A stretch of DNA of 64,000 nt from Eledone cirrhosa (Eukaryota), in the NCBI GenBank assembly GCA_964016885.1, contig OZ024741.1:331886001-331950000 (forward strand). Direction: 5' to 3'. The translations under genes and the position numbers were made by a program. The notes beneath the pieces are model-generated. The model made no database searches. It was not told the origin of the DNA and worked only from the letters and a program-made list of their open reading frames with translations. Shown here piece after piece: positions 27,214-41,357 of this stretch (position 1 is its first letter; the number at the start of each line of letters is the position of its first letter).

Positions 27214-27231
27214 ATCACGTCGGGGTTACCA
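27214..27231 (-). promoter_or_regulatory. Primer-binding site for tRNA-Trp (second copy at 25260-25277)
   Basis: TGGTAACCCCGACGTGAT lies 1 nt from the LTR end, one mismatch to the tRNA-Trp PBS TGGTGACCCCGACGTGAT. Confidence 0.85.
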
Positions 27232-29984
27232 CTTTAGGCGGGGTGGTCAGACATCCCGTCTAATTGGATATTGTTTACTGGCACATAGTCAAATAAGGAA
27301 TAAGGAACATACCTCAATTCTATGTCATAAAAACATTTTTAATAGGAGAAATTACAGAATATATACAAATTCATTAGTGCTCCTAGGTTGGGATATATTT
27401 AAATTGTCATATACTGTCACATGATGTGATGTCATCCTTTGGATCACTGCATGTAGATAGCACGATAGAGATAGCACGTTTATTTTCCCCGAGGAGATCA
27501 TCGTTTAATAAATATTGTTTCAGCTACTGACGTCAGAACTAAGGGCAGTTAATCGACTGCCTTCACAGTCAACGTTAGATGGCGTGATCTTCTACAGGTT
27601 CTTCTTCCTCCTCTTCTTCTTTTTCTGTCTCCTGTATCGCCTTGTCTAGTTCTATTAGTTCATCATTGGAGAGTGGTTCAGCATGGCTTTCTGAAAGGTC
27701 TTGCACACCATCATCATTAACACCATCGAAGCCAGCTCTATGGCAGAGATTTACAATATCTTTTTTTATCGCACCAATGTCCTCAGCAAAGTCTTGGAAG
27801 TAATTCACACATGCTGGCCATAATTTCTTCCAAGCCAAGTTCATGGTAGACTGCTTCACTTCTTCCCAAGATGCCTTGATGTTGTCTAAGCCGTGCTTGA
27901 TGTTGTACAATTTCCACCATTCCCTGATTGTGGGCTTGTCAGGCCCATCTGTGCCCTTTATCAGCTGCTGCATGGTTCTCCGCTGGTAGTATGCCTTAAA
28001 TGTTTTGATGACTGTTTGATCCATCGGTTGAATGAGAGCTGTGCTGTTTGAGGGGAGAAACAAAACCTCAATATTTCCTGACCAGTCTTCCATTGCCCGT
28101 GGGTGGCTGGGGGCGTTGTCCACTAATACCAGAAAATGGTTAGCAATGTTGTTAGTTAATGCATATTTCTTAAGGGTTGGTGACAGATATGAGGTGAAAA
28201 AATCCTGGTGAATTAAAGTGATCAGCCATGCCTTCTTATTAGACTTCCATATCACTGGTAGGTATTGCTTAAATAACCCCTTGAGTGCTCTTGGAGTTTC
28301 AGAATGGTAGATAATGAGTGGCTTTAGCTTTAAATCTCCTTCTGCATTCCCTCCAAGTAACAGAGTAACGTGGTCCTTTGAGGCTTTGAACCCCTTCGCA
28401 CTTTTCTCCTCCTTGTCAATATAAGTATTACTGGTCATCTTTTTCCAATAAAGTCCTGTTTCATCATAATTAATAACCTGTTTTTTGCTGTACCCCTTCT
28501 CTGCAATGCATTTCTCTAACTCTGCCTTGAATTTTTCAGCACTCTCTTTGTCGGAACTGGCAGCCTCACCTGTAACTTTTATGTTGTGAAGACTCGAACG
28601 TCGTTTGAACTTATCAAACCAGCCTTTGCTTGCTTTGAATACAAAGTCCTCCCCCTACATTTCAGTCTTGAGTCTGTCAATAATGGACAATGCTTTCTCA
28701 CTGATTACATTTAAAGACAGAGGCATATTTTGAAGATGTTGGTTGTCGATCCAAATTTTGAGCAACCTTTCCATCCTATCCATAATCGGCTCATGATGTT
28801 TGGTCAATAATTTACTCTGTAGACTCGTAACATTCTCCCCAGCTTTTTTGACAGCCTCACTATTTTTTAAAACAGTCCAGACTGTAGACTGGGCTAGGCC
28901 TAAGTTACGACTTATGGCGGACATACCTTGCCCTGTTCCTTCCTTTTCAAAATGTCCAGCTTTATCTCCAAAGTCAGGCTCTTCCTCATGCATTTGGCCT
29001 TTCCATCTGCATCAGCAATATTCGCAGGATGTTTTGGGACCATGAGATATGGGGTTATAAGATATGCCGTGATAATTATGCTCCAAAAACATGCCGTCGG
29101 GTTTTCTCTTACTTTGAATAACGTCATAGCTTTTAACTGGTCACTTCAGTTCGGCAAAAATTCTCTCACTGAGAGGACACGCTAGTTTGCCGAACTGAAG
29201 TGATCAGTTAAGAGTTATGACGTCATCGACTGATATCTGAACTCACTCATGGATTGGCCAGGTTCTCGGTAAGGTCAGTTAGTACGATAGCAGTAGTAAC
29301 ACAATTTTCCTAGAATTCGAATAGCAGTCAGTTTCCACGAATTCAAGGGGGAATTTATTGCTTACTACAGGTGGCGCTACGGTACAATATAAACAAAACA
29401 CGACCAAAAACCGTATCTGTGACTTTTTTTTACCGTAAATAGAATTGATGGTAGTAATTACCCAAAACCGTATCTGTGAATTTACCGGATAAAAAACTAC
29501 CATATACCCACTGTACTGCATATTTTCTCAACAATCTGTTCACCAGTAAAAATACTATAAACATAAAATACTATAAACATAAACCACATAAAACCTGTTT
29601 TTAGATATTTTTTGCTCAATCATTACAAGGTGTTAAGAGGTACTGTATATACTCAAATATAAACTGCCCCCTATTTTTATGTCTGAGAAATGGGCAAAAA
29701 TCCAAACCTTGTTTATAAGCCGAGGCAGCTAATCAACACATTATGTTTAGATGTTTTCTGCTAAATAATTACAAGAGGTAATTTCTAAAGAAACTAGCCT
29801 CTTAAACTGATGAAGAAACTTCTGTAATAATGAGTAGGCTATGTACTTTGTATTCAAGATCTGGTCACCAGACCGGTCTTGTCTCAGAACCTGACAACCA
29901 GTCCAACCCATGCCAACATGGAACATTATAGTAAAACAGTGATTGTGACCATGACAGAGACATCCTAGCATGCATCCAAAGAAA

Positions 29985-30270
29985 GTAAAGTAGGTAAAGT
30001 CTGTCTTGAGCCCAAAGACTCATGAGGCCAGTGATTATCCTGGTTTCTGTGCTGTTAAGTGACAGAGTACAAGACTCCCCCACTGGACAGAATACCAGTC
30101 CATCACAGGGTTAAACCTCCAGCTATTGCTGGTACTCATTTTCAGCTGAGTATACTGGGGTAACATAAAATGAAGTGTTTTGCTCAAGAACACAACACAC
30201 AGGTCAGTTCAGGAATGGAACTCACGACATTATGATTATAAGTCCATCACCCTAACCACTAGGCCATGGA
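29985..30270 (-). mobile_element. Old tRNA-derived SINE with V/Meta-like body
   Basis: Reverse complement has ggcctagtgg A box, gagttcca B box, gttcttgagcaa, aatgagtacc and cctgtgatggactgg. Confidence 0.65.
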
Positions 30271-30539
30271 TTTTTACTTCAAAGAAAAGCTCACCTGACT
30301 TATTAAACATAAAGTTACTCCCACAACACACTCCAACTTATAGCCCACAGATGTGCTGTGTCTTTGCTACTAGAGTGTTTTTTAGAGCAAGCTGATCTTG
30401 TTGTGCCACCATCACTCAAGCACTTCTGACTCACTTGCTCTCCTCCTCCTCCTTCTCCCATAACCCATACTGTTTACTCCATCCCCAGGTTCCACACTAA
30501 CAAGGACACTTAATCCTTCCTCCCCATAATTTATATATA

Positions 30540-30666
<127 letters not shown>

Positions 30667-30775
30667 TAAAGAGTTAAACAAGATTCAATGAGTATATCAA
30701 AGAATGAGTTTTACAGTAGATTGGAACCATTTAATTAACATCTCAGGGTATGTCATGTATCATTATATTTTGTCT

Positions 30776-30950
30776 ATTGGCAGTATCGGTAGAGGGACGT
30801 AACTATGCTTTCCAGCATAGTTACGTCCCTTTACGATCTGAGTTCAAATCCCGCCGAGGTTGACTTTGCCTTTCATCCTTACGGGGTCGATAAAATAAAG
30901 TACCAGTAATGCACTGGATAATTGCTGGCCTTGTGCCTAAAGTAGAAACA
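30776..30950 (+). mobile_element. Main-family SINE inserted at hammerhead stem I, 14-bp TSD
   Basis: attatattttgtct (30762-30775) versus attatattttctct (30951-30964). Confidence 0.88.
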
Positions 30951-30955
30951 ATTAT

Positions 30956-31008
30956 ATTTTCTCTGATGAGGACGTACTGTTGTACCTCCGAAATATGTAT
31001 AATAAAAT
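30956..31008 (+). ncRNA. Minimal type-I hammerhead ribozyme motif
   Basis: attttct-CTGATGA-gga c gtac tgtt gtac c tcc-GAAA-tatgtaTA-ataaaat. Confidence 0.75.
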
Positions 31009-31048
31009 TTAATTGATCAAAAGAACATCTATTTTATTAATATTTGTA

Positions 31049-31087
<39 letters not shown>

Positions 31088-31237
31088 TCATCATCATTTT
31101 ACGTCCGCTTTTCCCTGCTCGCAAGGGTGGGACGGGTCTTATTCAGCACAGCATCTCTCCACATGTCACGGTCCTTCATCATCTCCACCGTGAGCTTCAA
31201 CGATCTCTGGGTCTGTTCTCACCACCTCCGTCCATGT

Positions 31238-31269
<32 letters not shown>

Positions 31270-32050
31270 GTGAGAGAGAGAGTGAGAGTGAGAAACAGAG
31301 ATAGTTATATATATGTGTGTATAAATATACATACATATTTAGCAGGAAAGATTTTGTATCCAAGGTATTATTTAACATACACTCTGTATCTTAGCTTGAG
31401 CTTCAACTATGAAACATCAGCTGAAGTGTATGACATGATTGCAAAGTATTTCTAAAGATTTTCTGATGAGATTCTGAAAATCAGATAGCCAAGCTGTGTT
31501 CTTTAATAGTTCCATCAATTTGCTGATAAGCGTTTGTTATAAATTCAATAGAAATAATGTACTTCGCAGAATATTCTAGATGAGGCACTATTATTCAGTG
31601 TCAATTTTAGACAATAATCCTTGTCTCTTATCTGATCAATGCTTAGATAAATGTGTGATTATTGTGCATGAGTAGATATATATATATGTATGTATATATA
31701 TATATATATATAAATATATATGTATATATATATAATTACACATATATACATACACATATATATATACATAAATATATATAAATACACATATTTATATACA
31801 TATATATATATACATATATATTTATATATATAAGTAGGTATATATGCATGAATATATATAATGCTTGTATAATTCTGTGTGATTGTACGTGTGTGTATAT
31901 CTGTTTGGATGTATGTATAGATGGGAAGCAATTTAAGGAGGAACAAGAACAGACAAATAGACAGGGTGATAATAAATAGACTTATATAGTTCTGCTAAAA
32001 CTCTTTACACATAAATTGCAACTATAGTTTATCTTAAGTATACATACATA

Positions 32051-32169
<119 letters not shown>

Positions 32170-32340
32170 CACACACACACTTATTTATATATATAAATAC
32201 ACATGGAAATATTCAGAGATTTACTAACACATTTAAATGCACACATATATACATATCATCATATGTGTATACAGATATACATCTGTATGAAATTATAGAC
32301 ACAGGTCTTTCTCTCTTACTCTCAACATATAAGTCTCTCA

Positions 32341-32393
<53 letters not shown>

Positions 32394-32462
32394 ATATATA
32401 TATATAACTTTGATAGGTCTTGGCCAGTATTGGCCGTGGCCATGAACAACATAATATCACCA

Positions 32463-32511
<49 letters not shown>

Positions 32512-32904
32512 GTGTGTGTGTGTATATATATATATATAGAGAGAGAGAGATATACAGATATATTACCTTACATATGTTATATATATGCATATATATATAT
32601 ATATGGGTGTATATATATACATAACGTTTGTTGTATGAGTGTATATGTTATGTAGGTTTGTTAATGGTCTCATCACATTCATGTTATCATTATGATAACA
32701 ATAAGATTGAGGAGATATTGTCGAAAATACTATGATTATTTTCACTTTTATATTGCAAGACACTGCCACTAGTCATTGCCAAGTTTCACTCTCCCTACTC
32801 CTCTTGCATGTGTGTGTCTGCATGTATATGCATGTGCATGTGTGTGTGTGCATGTGTGAATGTGTGTGTATATATATATATATATTTCTATGCCTATATA
32901 TCTG

Positions 32905-32989
<85 letters not shown>

Positions 32990-33100
32990 TACTATATGCC
33001 TATATAACATACATAACACACACACGCACACACATATATATATGTATGTGTGTGTTATGTATGTTATACATGCCTATACCAGACATGACACACACACAAC

Positions 33101-33146
<46 letters not shown>

Positions 33147-33472
33147 CACACACATGCACACAGATATCTGCATATATACACACACATATGAATATTTATG
33201 TGTAATGCAAAAGACCAAAAAAAGAATAAAATAAATAAAAAATTGGAGGCGGGGTAGAAGCAAGAAAGATGAATATATAGTGATAGCAATATGCCTTTCA
33301 GTGTTCTGTTTTATGATCAGATATATATTTCTTGGTAGTATTAATATAGACTTGACGGTGCCATTTAATAAGGAGCCTCTCAGTGCACAGAACTAGTGTG
33401 TTTTACATGCTATTGGTTACTCATCCAACTTCTAAACACCGGTTTATCCAAAAGACTGCTTATAGCAATATC

Positions 33473-34262
<790 letters not shown>

Positions 34263-34295
34263 TTATATATATATAAATACATATACATATATATA

Positions 34296-34945
34296 ATCAT
34301 CATCGTTCAATGTCCATTTTGCCAACAACATTTACAGTATGGACTGGGCGCTTTTTATCATGACTTCTACATGACCACTCTATAGTGTGGACTGGGTGCT
34401 TTTTGAGATGACTCCTTAATGACCACTTTACTATGTGGACTGGGCGCTCATTGTTGTGGAACCAACATGGCCATTTTATAGTGTGGATTGGCAACTGGTG
34501 GGGAACATGCATGGGGAATTGAGGAGGTACATCTAGGGGTGGGGGTGTGAGGACATTGGCTGGGTGATTAAAATATGGGAGGTGTATGGGAGTGGTGATG
34601 GGAGGGATGCTGGTGCATATTAGATGTATGTTCCTGCATATGAGAAGGCATGTCTTCTGTATTACTGCATAGCGTCAAAGTTCACGGTTTTGTGTCCTCT
34701 CCTTTGAGAGATGCAATTGTGCAAGGTCAGTTTTTATCCCCTCATCCCACTCCATAGCTTCCATCAACTTTGAGCGCTCTGCACCTTTTTATACAGCTGT
34801 CATCTTTCATACACATCACACGTCCATACCAACACAATCTCCTCTTCTGCACATTGCATCTGATCCCCCTTATGCCTAATTTCTTTCTCAGTTTATTTAT
34901 TCTTTGCCATTCATGTATATTACTGTTCACATCCTTCGAAGCATG
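34296..34945 (-). mobile_element. Old RTE 3' fragment
   Basis: RRLCWYGRVMCMKDDSCIKRC on the minus strand; CAT tail. Confidence 0.82.
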
Positions 34946-35020
34946 GAAGCTTCAATGCAAGCAAGAATAGTAAACATTAAAATGACAATGATGATGATGA
35001 TGATATATATGTATATATAT

Positions 35021-35347
35021 AGTTGTCCCCCGGTTTTCGTAGGGGTTACATTTATAGAGCACATGTGAAGAATGAAAAACCGCGAATATGGACGTGGTTC
35101 ATAAAAATGCCTATAAACATCAAAACATAATGTAACATATAGGCTGGCAAATTCGGTTTATTGTTATTAATAATTTAGCATCAAAAAGTGTGAAAAAATA
35201 TATATTACCATGAAAAAAGCCATAAAAAAAATTGTGGAAGATATTTATGAGATCTCGAATATGCGGTAGTTTCCACGAACAGTTATTAGTTAGGTTCTAA
35301 GGAAAATTCCATGAATAATCGGGACCGTGAATGCGGTGGGTACACTG
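35021..35347. mobile_element. Tigger-like MITE, decayed
   Basis: Left agttgtcccccggttttcg, right cgtgaatgcggtgggtacactg-TA; subterminal cgcgaata motifs. Confidence 0.6.
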
Positions 35348-35367
35348 TATATATATATATATATATA

Positions 35368-35546
35368 TATAAAGAAAAAAAGATGAAATCGAAAATGCAA
35401 CTGGATCTTATTTTTAAAAAAATATATATATTTTTAAAAATAAGACTCCAGCTCCATTTTCGATTTCATCTTTTTTTCTTTATACTTTCACTCGTGTAGG
35501 ACACCTCGGTTATTTTTCATTTTGTAAAAAAAAACCTCACTTTCTA
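35368..35546. repeat. Fold-back hairpin (~55-bp arms) plus ~60-bp tail in (TA)n
   Basis: aaagaaaaaaagatgaaatcgaaaatg pairs with cattttcgatttcatctttttttcttt. Confidence 0.85.
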
Positions 35547-35583
35547 ATATATATATATATATATATACATATATATAAATATA

Positions 35584-35661
<78 letters not shown>

Positions 35662-35669
35662 TGTATATA

Positions 35670-35705
<36 letters not shown>

Positions 35706-35711
35706 TGTATG

Positions 35712-35760
<49 letters not shown>

Positions 35761-35766
<6 letters not shown>

Positions 35767-36290
35767 GAATAAACAAGAGAGATGAACACTAATATAAACA
35801 TACATGTGTTCGAATCGTAAGGACCAAGTTTGCTAGGGTGAAAAAATACTAACTACACCAATATGGTTTGTCAGACTTAATTTTAAATATTAAATTAAGA
35901 AAAATAACAGACCTATATTGGGCAATCGCCTGGTAACAACTAGACAGTTTTGGAGACTGTTTCGCAACATCATATTAAGTGAAGTCCACTCTTTTCTCTG
36001 CTCCTCAGTAGTTGTTGAGAAATTAGTGATCCTTGTTTATTCAATTATATTGTACGGCTCGGAAAAGCTTTTTTCTTAGAGCTATTGTAGTTTTAATGTC
36101 CTGTTAACCCGGCTGCTATTTTTAGCGGCATGGAACTTCGAGACATGCTGGGTTCCGAAGACACATGCGATAATTCTTATCCCACGCAATTCAGTCTCTA
36201 ATATTTTTAGAAGTGGAAGGATCACTAATTTCTCAACAACTACGGAGGAGCAGAGAAAAGAGAGGAGAAGTCGTTGCGTCTTTTAATACA
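35761..36290. mobile_element. Hammerhead-containing non-coding element (inverted arm plus permuted sense copy, ~445-nt monomer)
   Basis: 35761-35777 is inverted relative to 36032-36048, and ~35990-36033 is inverted relative to 36218-36262. Confidence 0.78.
35935..36016 (-). ncRNA. Complete type-I hammerhead ribozyme motif
   Basis: Reverse complement reads aacaacta-CTGAGGA-gca..tgc-GAAA-cagt ctccaaa actGTC-tagttgtt; all three stems pair and the site is GUC. Confidence 0.88.
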
Positions 36291-36414
36291 AACTGCAGGA
36301 TATTTCTAATCCCTTGTTTGGCAAGATTTCTACTGCTGAATGCCCTTACTAACACCAACCACTTTACAACATGTACTGGGTGCTTTTATTGTATAAATTA
36401 CCAGCACTATGGAG

Positions 36415-37115
36415 GGTGTCACAGTGAAGGAGGCAGGGGATTTGATGCAGGAAGTTGAGACTGTGTCGATGAGTGTGGGACTGAGAATGAATGAGACTAA
36501 GACAAAATGTCTGGTAGAGAATGTTGAGAAGCCAGAGTGGATTACTAATGTAGGCGGGAAGCTACTGGAATTAGTTGAGGACTTCCTGTATTTGGGAGCA
36601 AAGATTGGTTATACGGAAGATGATGTGGTTGAGAGGAAGAGCAAAGCCTGGGCGCCATGCCACAGTTTGAAATCGGTGTGGAAGTCGGACCTTCGTGAGT
36701 GGAGTCTGTGCTGCTGCACGGGTTTGAGACTTGGACACTGACCAAGAAACTCACTCAGATGGTGGGTGGGTGCTACATGAGAATGCTGAGGATGGCTCTG
36801 AACATTAATCAGTATACCCTGAGGATGAAAAACTCAGAGCTGTATGGGAGCCTCCCAAGATGTCAGCTCAAAAGTGACACAGAGGAGACTGAGGTTAGCT
36901 GGACATGCTCACCGATATCCAGAGTTGACACTGCACTCAGTGCTCCTGTGGGAGCCCCTGCAAGGACACACTGGAAGAGGAAGACCAAGATTAATGTTGA
37001 TGCCCTAAGGACAGACACTGGTCTATTGGAGATGCAAGACATGGCAACAGTAATGAGGGACAGAGACCGTTGGAGAGAACTCGTCCATGGATCTCGGGAA
37101 TTTTACCCGCCCTAG
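36415..37115 (+). mobile_element. Non-LTR (RTE-like) RT C-terminal fragment, decayed
   Basis: GLRMNETKTK, FLYLG, KAW, ESVLLHGFETWTL and MRDRDRWR; ends at (TAGA)n. No PHD insert. Confidence 0.82.
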
Positions 37116-38522
37116 ATAGATAGATAGATGGAGGGTATCATATGCTTGACATAACTAAAGGATTTTCCCAACCCTTTGTTTGGCAAGCGTTCTACAGCTG
37201 GATACCCTTACTAATATCAACCACTTTAAGGCATATGTATGTAGATATATATGTATATACATATATATGTGTGTATGTACCTTGGTTGGATATGCTCTGT
37301 GTTTACATCTACCTTTCTGTATTTCTTACCTTAAGAATATCTTTCATATCTTCTACCTATAATTACATAAACATATTGAGCTTTGTATAAAACTATTTGG
37401 CAACCATATACTTTCCTATATAGCTCTCTACATGCAAATAGAGTTATATTTTTACATTTGCTATATATATATACACACACATATATATATACTGAGGTTT
37501 TTTGAATATTAATAATAATATTAATTTGCAATCATGCAAACAAGCCTCATTTTTAAAGCCATGTCAGTAGAATGAGCTCCTCATTCTTACTCTTGTGTTG
37601 GTATGTAAACAGAACATGCCAACACAAGAGCAGACTGGGTCTAAAAATATTGGTTGCCAGGTGATGAAGGGGGCCCACCCACATATAGAATGCTATCATT
37701 TAATTTCTATAATGAATAAATAATATTTTCGAAAAATACATAAGTGGAAACAAAACAGTGCAATCAAATTTTGTGGAAAAATATCTTACCTTCTCCAATA
37801 AAAAATATTATGTATTTTGTGAAACCCAGAGACTTTCAATAATGACCAGAAGTTGACCCTAAATATTGCTAATAGCTCAAGGAAATCCATGAATGACACC
37901 ACATCTTTTTTACTTTGATGTTGAAAGTAGGTTTATAATTATCAATTTTCATTATACTTTAGTAACTGTCTCAGTGGCCTAGTTGGAGGAATCGTAGACA
38001 GTGGTGGTATTGGTCGAGGGTAGGGTTCCCGGTAAACCGTATCAGTTTTTTTCTATGGGTTGTAAAATAAAAACTGAAAAAGGTTACATGTACCTCTTGA
38101 CCAGGATTGAACCCAAGGTCAGGATCTCCACTGTCTCTAGTACCTACTGCTAGGCCACAAAGACAACTACAAAAATCTTATGAAAATTCATACTTATAAA
38201 CCTACTTTCAAAATTTTCAAAACAAAGTGTTGTGGTGTTGTTCATGTCTTTCTTAATGATATTGCTCCTACTTAAAGTTGACTTCTAAATCATTTGGGTG
38301 TCACATAAATTACATCCCCGTTTTATTTCTCATCTATCTGTAATCCATGTTTCATTTCTGTTGCACCTCATTTCTCCCCTTCCCTCTCTCTTTTTCTATC
38401 TCTCTTTCTCTCTGTGATATTTGACTCTACTATGATTTGGGCTTACCTTATTCCTATATATATGTTTTTGCATGTCAGTTAGATTCAAACTTACAATCAT
38501 TGGCATTTTATATATATATATA

Positions 38523-39074
38523 CAGTAGCGGACATGATCTAAAAATAAGGGGGCCTACCTACATATAGAATGCTATCATTTGATTTTATAATGAATAAAT
38601 AATATTTTCAAAAAATAAACAAAACAGTGCAATTAAATTTTTTCTGAAAAATATCTTACCTTCTCCAATAAAAAATGTTATGTATTTTGCGAAATCCAAA
38701 GACTTTCAATAATGACTTTGGTCTTTCACACTCAAAATAAAGGCGGTGGATTGGCAGTATCGGTAGAGGGTCGGACGCCATGCTTTCCAGCATAGTTACG
38801 TCCCTTTACGATCTGAGTTCAAATCTCGCCAAGGTTGACTTTGCCTTTCATCCTTACGGGGTTGATAAAATAAAGTACCAGTAATGCACTGGGTAATTGC
38901 TGGCCTTGTGCCAAAAGTAGAAACAGTTATTTATTTTTAAAAAAATGTTATTCTCTCTCTTAGATTTCTTTGAAAACAAAGCATTGGCCCCTGCAATGCT
39001 ACTGTGGGCTCTTGCAATGCTACCGTGGGCCCACTTGCCATTGGGCAACCTGGCAACCTGGCCAGTCCGCCACT
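38523..39074. mobile_element. hAT-like non-autonomous element carrying a SINE (38741-38927); partial duplicate at 37631-37850
   Basis: TIR cagtagcggac / gtccgccactg; 38545-38715 matches 37665-37845. Confidence 0.6.
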
Positions 39075-39079
39075 GTATA

Positions 39080-40314
39080 CAGATGGTGAGGAAGATGATG
39101 GTGGTGGGGAGGATGTTGATGCTGATGATGGTGATGATGTTGATGGTGATGGTGATGATGATGACAATGGTGGTGATGGTAGTAATGATGAAGATGTTAG
39201 TATGAGGATATTGATGAATATGACAATGATGTTGACGATGGTGATGACAATGGTGATGACAATGGTGATGGTGATGGTGATGATGATGATGACGATGATG
39301 TTGATGGTGATGGTGATGATGATGACAATGGTGGTGATGTTGGTATGAGGATATTGATGATGATGTTTATGATAATGTTGATGATGATGATAATGAGGAT
39401 GATAATGATGATGACAATGATGATGATGTTGGCAGTGGTGATGATGGTTATGATGACAAGGATAATGATGGTGGTGGTGGTGCTGGTGGTGATGATATTG
39501 ATGATGATGATAAAAAAGATGGTGATGATGACAATGTCGATTGTTTATAGTGATGATCTCCAGAACGATGACATATTATTGTTGACATGGATGGCTAAAT
39601 AAAGCCATCTTCTGTGCAACTGGGCATGACTTTTAAGTCATCCATCACAGGATTTCTATTTGAAATAAAATAAAAAAAAGACTGTTGTTTCACATTTCCG
39701 TCTGTAGAAAAAGATGATTGTTCCTTTCATTGTTGATCGATATTCATAGCAGTGAAGATGATGATGATGATGATCGTGATGACGATGAGGATGCAGATGA
39801 GATTGATGGTGATGATGATGGTGGTGGTGATGATAATGGTGATGATGATAATGGTGACGATAATCACTATGATGGTAAAGATGATGACGGCAATGGTGTT
39901 GATGATGATGATGATGATGGTGATGATGATGTTGGTGAAAATGATGATGGTGATAGTGATGATGATGATGATGATGATAAAGATGATGATAGTGAAGATG
40001 GTGATGATGATGATGTTATGATATTGATGACAATGAGGATGCAGATGACATTGATGGTTGTGATGATAATGGTGAGGATGATGATGATGATGGTGAGGAT
40101 AATCACTATAATGGTAACGATGATGATGGTGATGGTGTTGATGACGATGATGATGAAGATGAGGATGATGATAAAGATGATGATAGCGAAGATAGTGATG
40201 ATGATGATGATGATGATGGTGATGGTGAAGATGATGATGCTCTTAGTGATGATAGTGTTGGTGATGGTGTTGCTGATGCTTGTGATGATGATGATGTTGA
40301 TGGGGGGGGTAGTG

Positions 40315-40345
<31 letters not shown>

Positions 40346-41020
40346 TGATGGTCTTGACGATGGTTATGATGATAATGATGGTGATGGTGATGGTGATGAT
40401 GATGATATTGACCATAATGTCTAAAACCACAATGGACTCCTCTGTCACACAGTGAGAAGTCAAGAGTGAAAAGTTTTCTATGAATTATGAAGTGAAATTA
40501 CATTTTCACATGTCAACTATTTTATCTTTGATTAAGAAACATGACTTTCATACCCCCCTCTCTCTCTCCCACCTCTACCTTTATTTCTCTGTCTGTCACT
40601 CTTTCATTCCTTCTCTGTATCTCTCTTTACCTCTGGCTCTGTCACTCTCTTTCTGTCACCCCCTCTTTCTCTCTTTCCCTCTTCCTCTCTCTCTCTCATT
40701 TCTCAGTCTCTCTGTTTGCCCTCATTGTCTTTCTCTCTCTCTCTGTCTCCTCCCTCTCTCTGTCTCCCCCTCCCTCTCTCTCTATTTCTCTCTGTCATTC
40801 TTTCTTGCTCCCTTCCCCTCTCTCTTTGTCATTCCTTCTGCCTTTCTCGTTCTTTCTGTCTGTCTCTTTCTACCCCTCCTTTTTCCCCACTCTGTCTGTC
40901 TCTACTCCCTCCTCTCTTTCCCTCTCTGCCTATCTCTTTCTACCCCTCCTCTCTTTCCCTCTCTGTCACTCTCTTCTAACCCCTCTCTCTCTCCCTATCA
41001 CCCCTCCCCTCTCTCACACA
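39080..41020. repeat. GAT/GGT low-complexity tracts and a CT-rich tract
   Basis: Directly visible; source of the poly-M/D and LS-rich ORFs. Confidence 0.92.
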
Positions 41021-41357
41021 AATCATCATAACATCCAATACCTCTGTGTTATATTCCACCAAAGTTTATTTCTTTGTTTTCTATCTTTTATTTATCTTTG
41101 TTTTATTTCCTTTCTTTCCTTTCTTTTGTTTCATTCATTTATGAATTCATATATCGTTCCATTTTTTTAAATTTTATTTTATATTTTTGTATGTTTGTTT
41201 TCCTCTACCCCAACCCACACACCTCTAATGCCCTTTTAATTTATTTTAAATTTTAGATAATTTTTTTAAAAATTATTTATATTTTTATTTTCATTATTTT
41301 TATTTTTATTAGAATAAAAAAAAATTGTTATCATTATTGTTATTATTATCATAAATC

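Larger units (their letters stand above)
25144..27596 (-). mobile_element. Internally deleted and rearranged Ty3/Gypsy LTR element with 4-bp TSD (ggtt)
   Basis: LTR 27233-27596, partial LTRs at 25279-25581 and 25144-25167, integrase fragment, TSD at 25140-25143 and 27597-27600. Confidence 0.9.
24813..29043 (-). pseudogene. Tigger/pogo transposase (HTH + CENP-B + DDE), frameshifted and split by the LTR insertion
   Basis: RKSLTLEIKLDIL, MERLLKIWI, GFKASKD, LVLVDNAPSHP and IQPMDQ; EEEE-PVRG junction reconstructed across 27600/25140. Confidence 0.92.
24560..29513 (-). mobile_element. Tigger/pogo DNA transposon, apparently full length but interrupted
   Basis: TA-CAGTG...CACTG-TA ends; the flanks rejoin to match the empty-site paralogue actctaatactgcatatt at ~24406; pogo transposase inside. 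Confidence 0.93.

Noticed and set aside
31463-31480. CTGATGA-gattct-GAAA
   Set aside because: No stem II, stem I or cleavage triplet geometry; likely chance.
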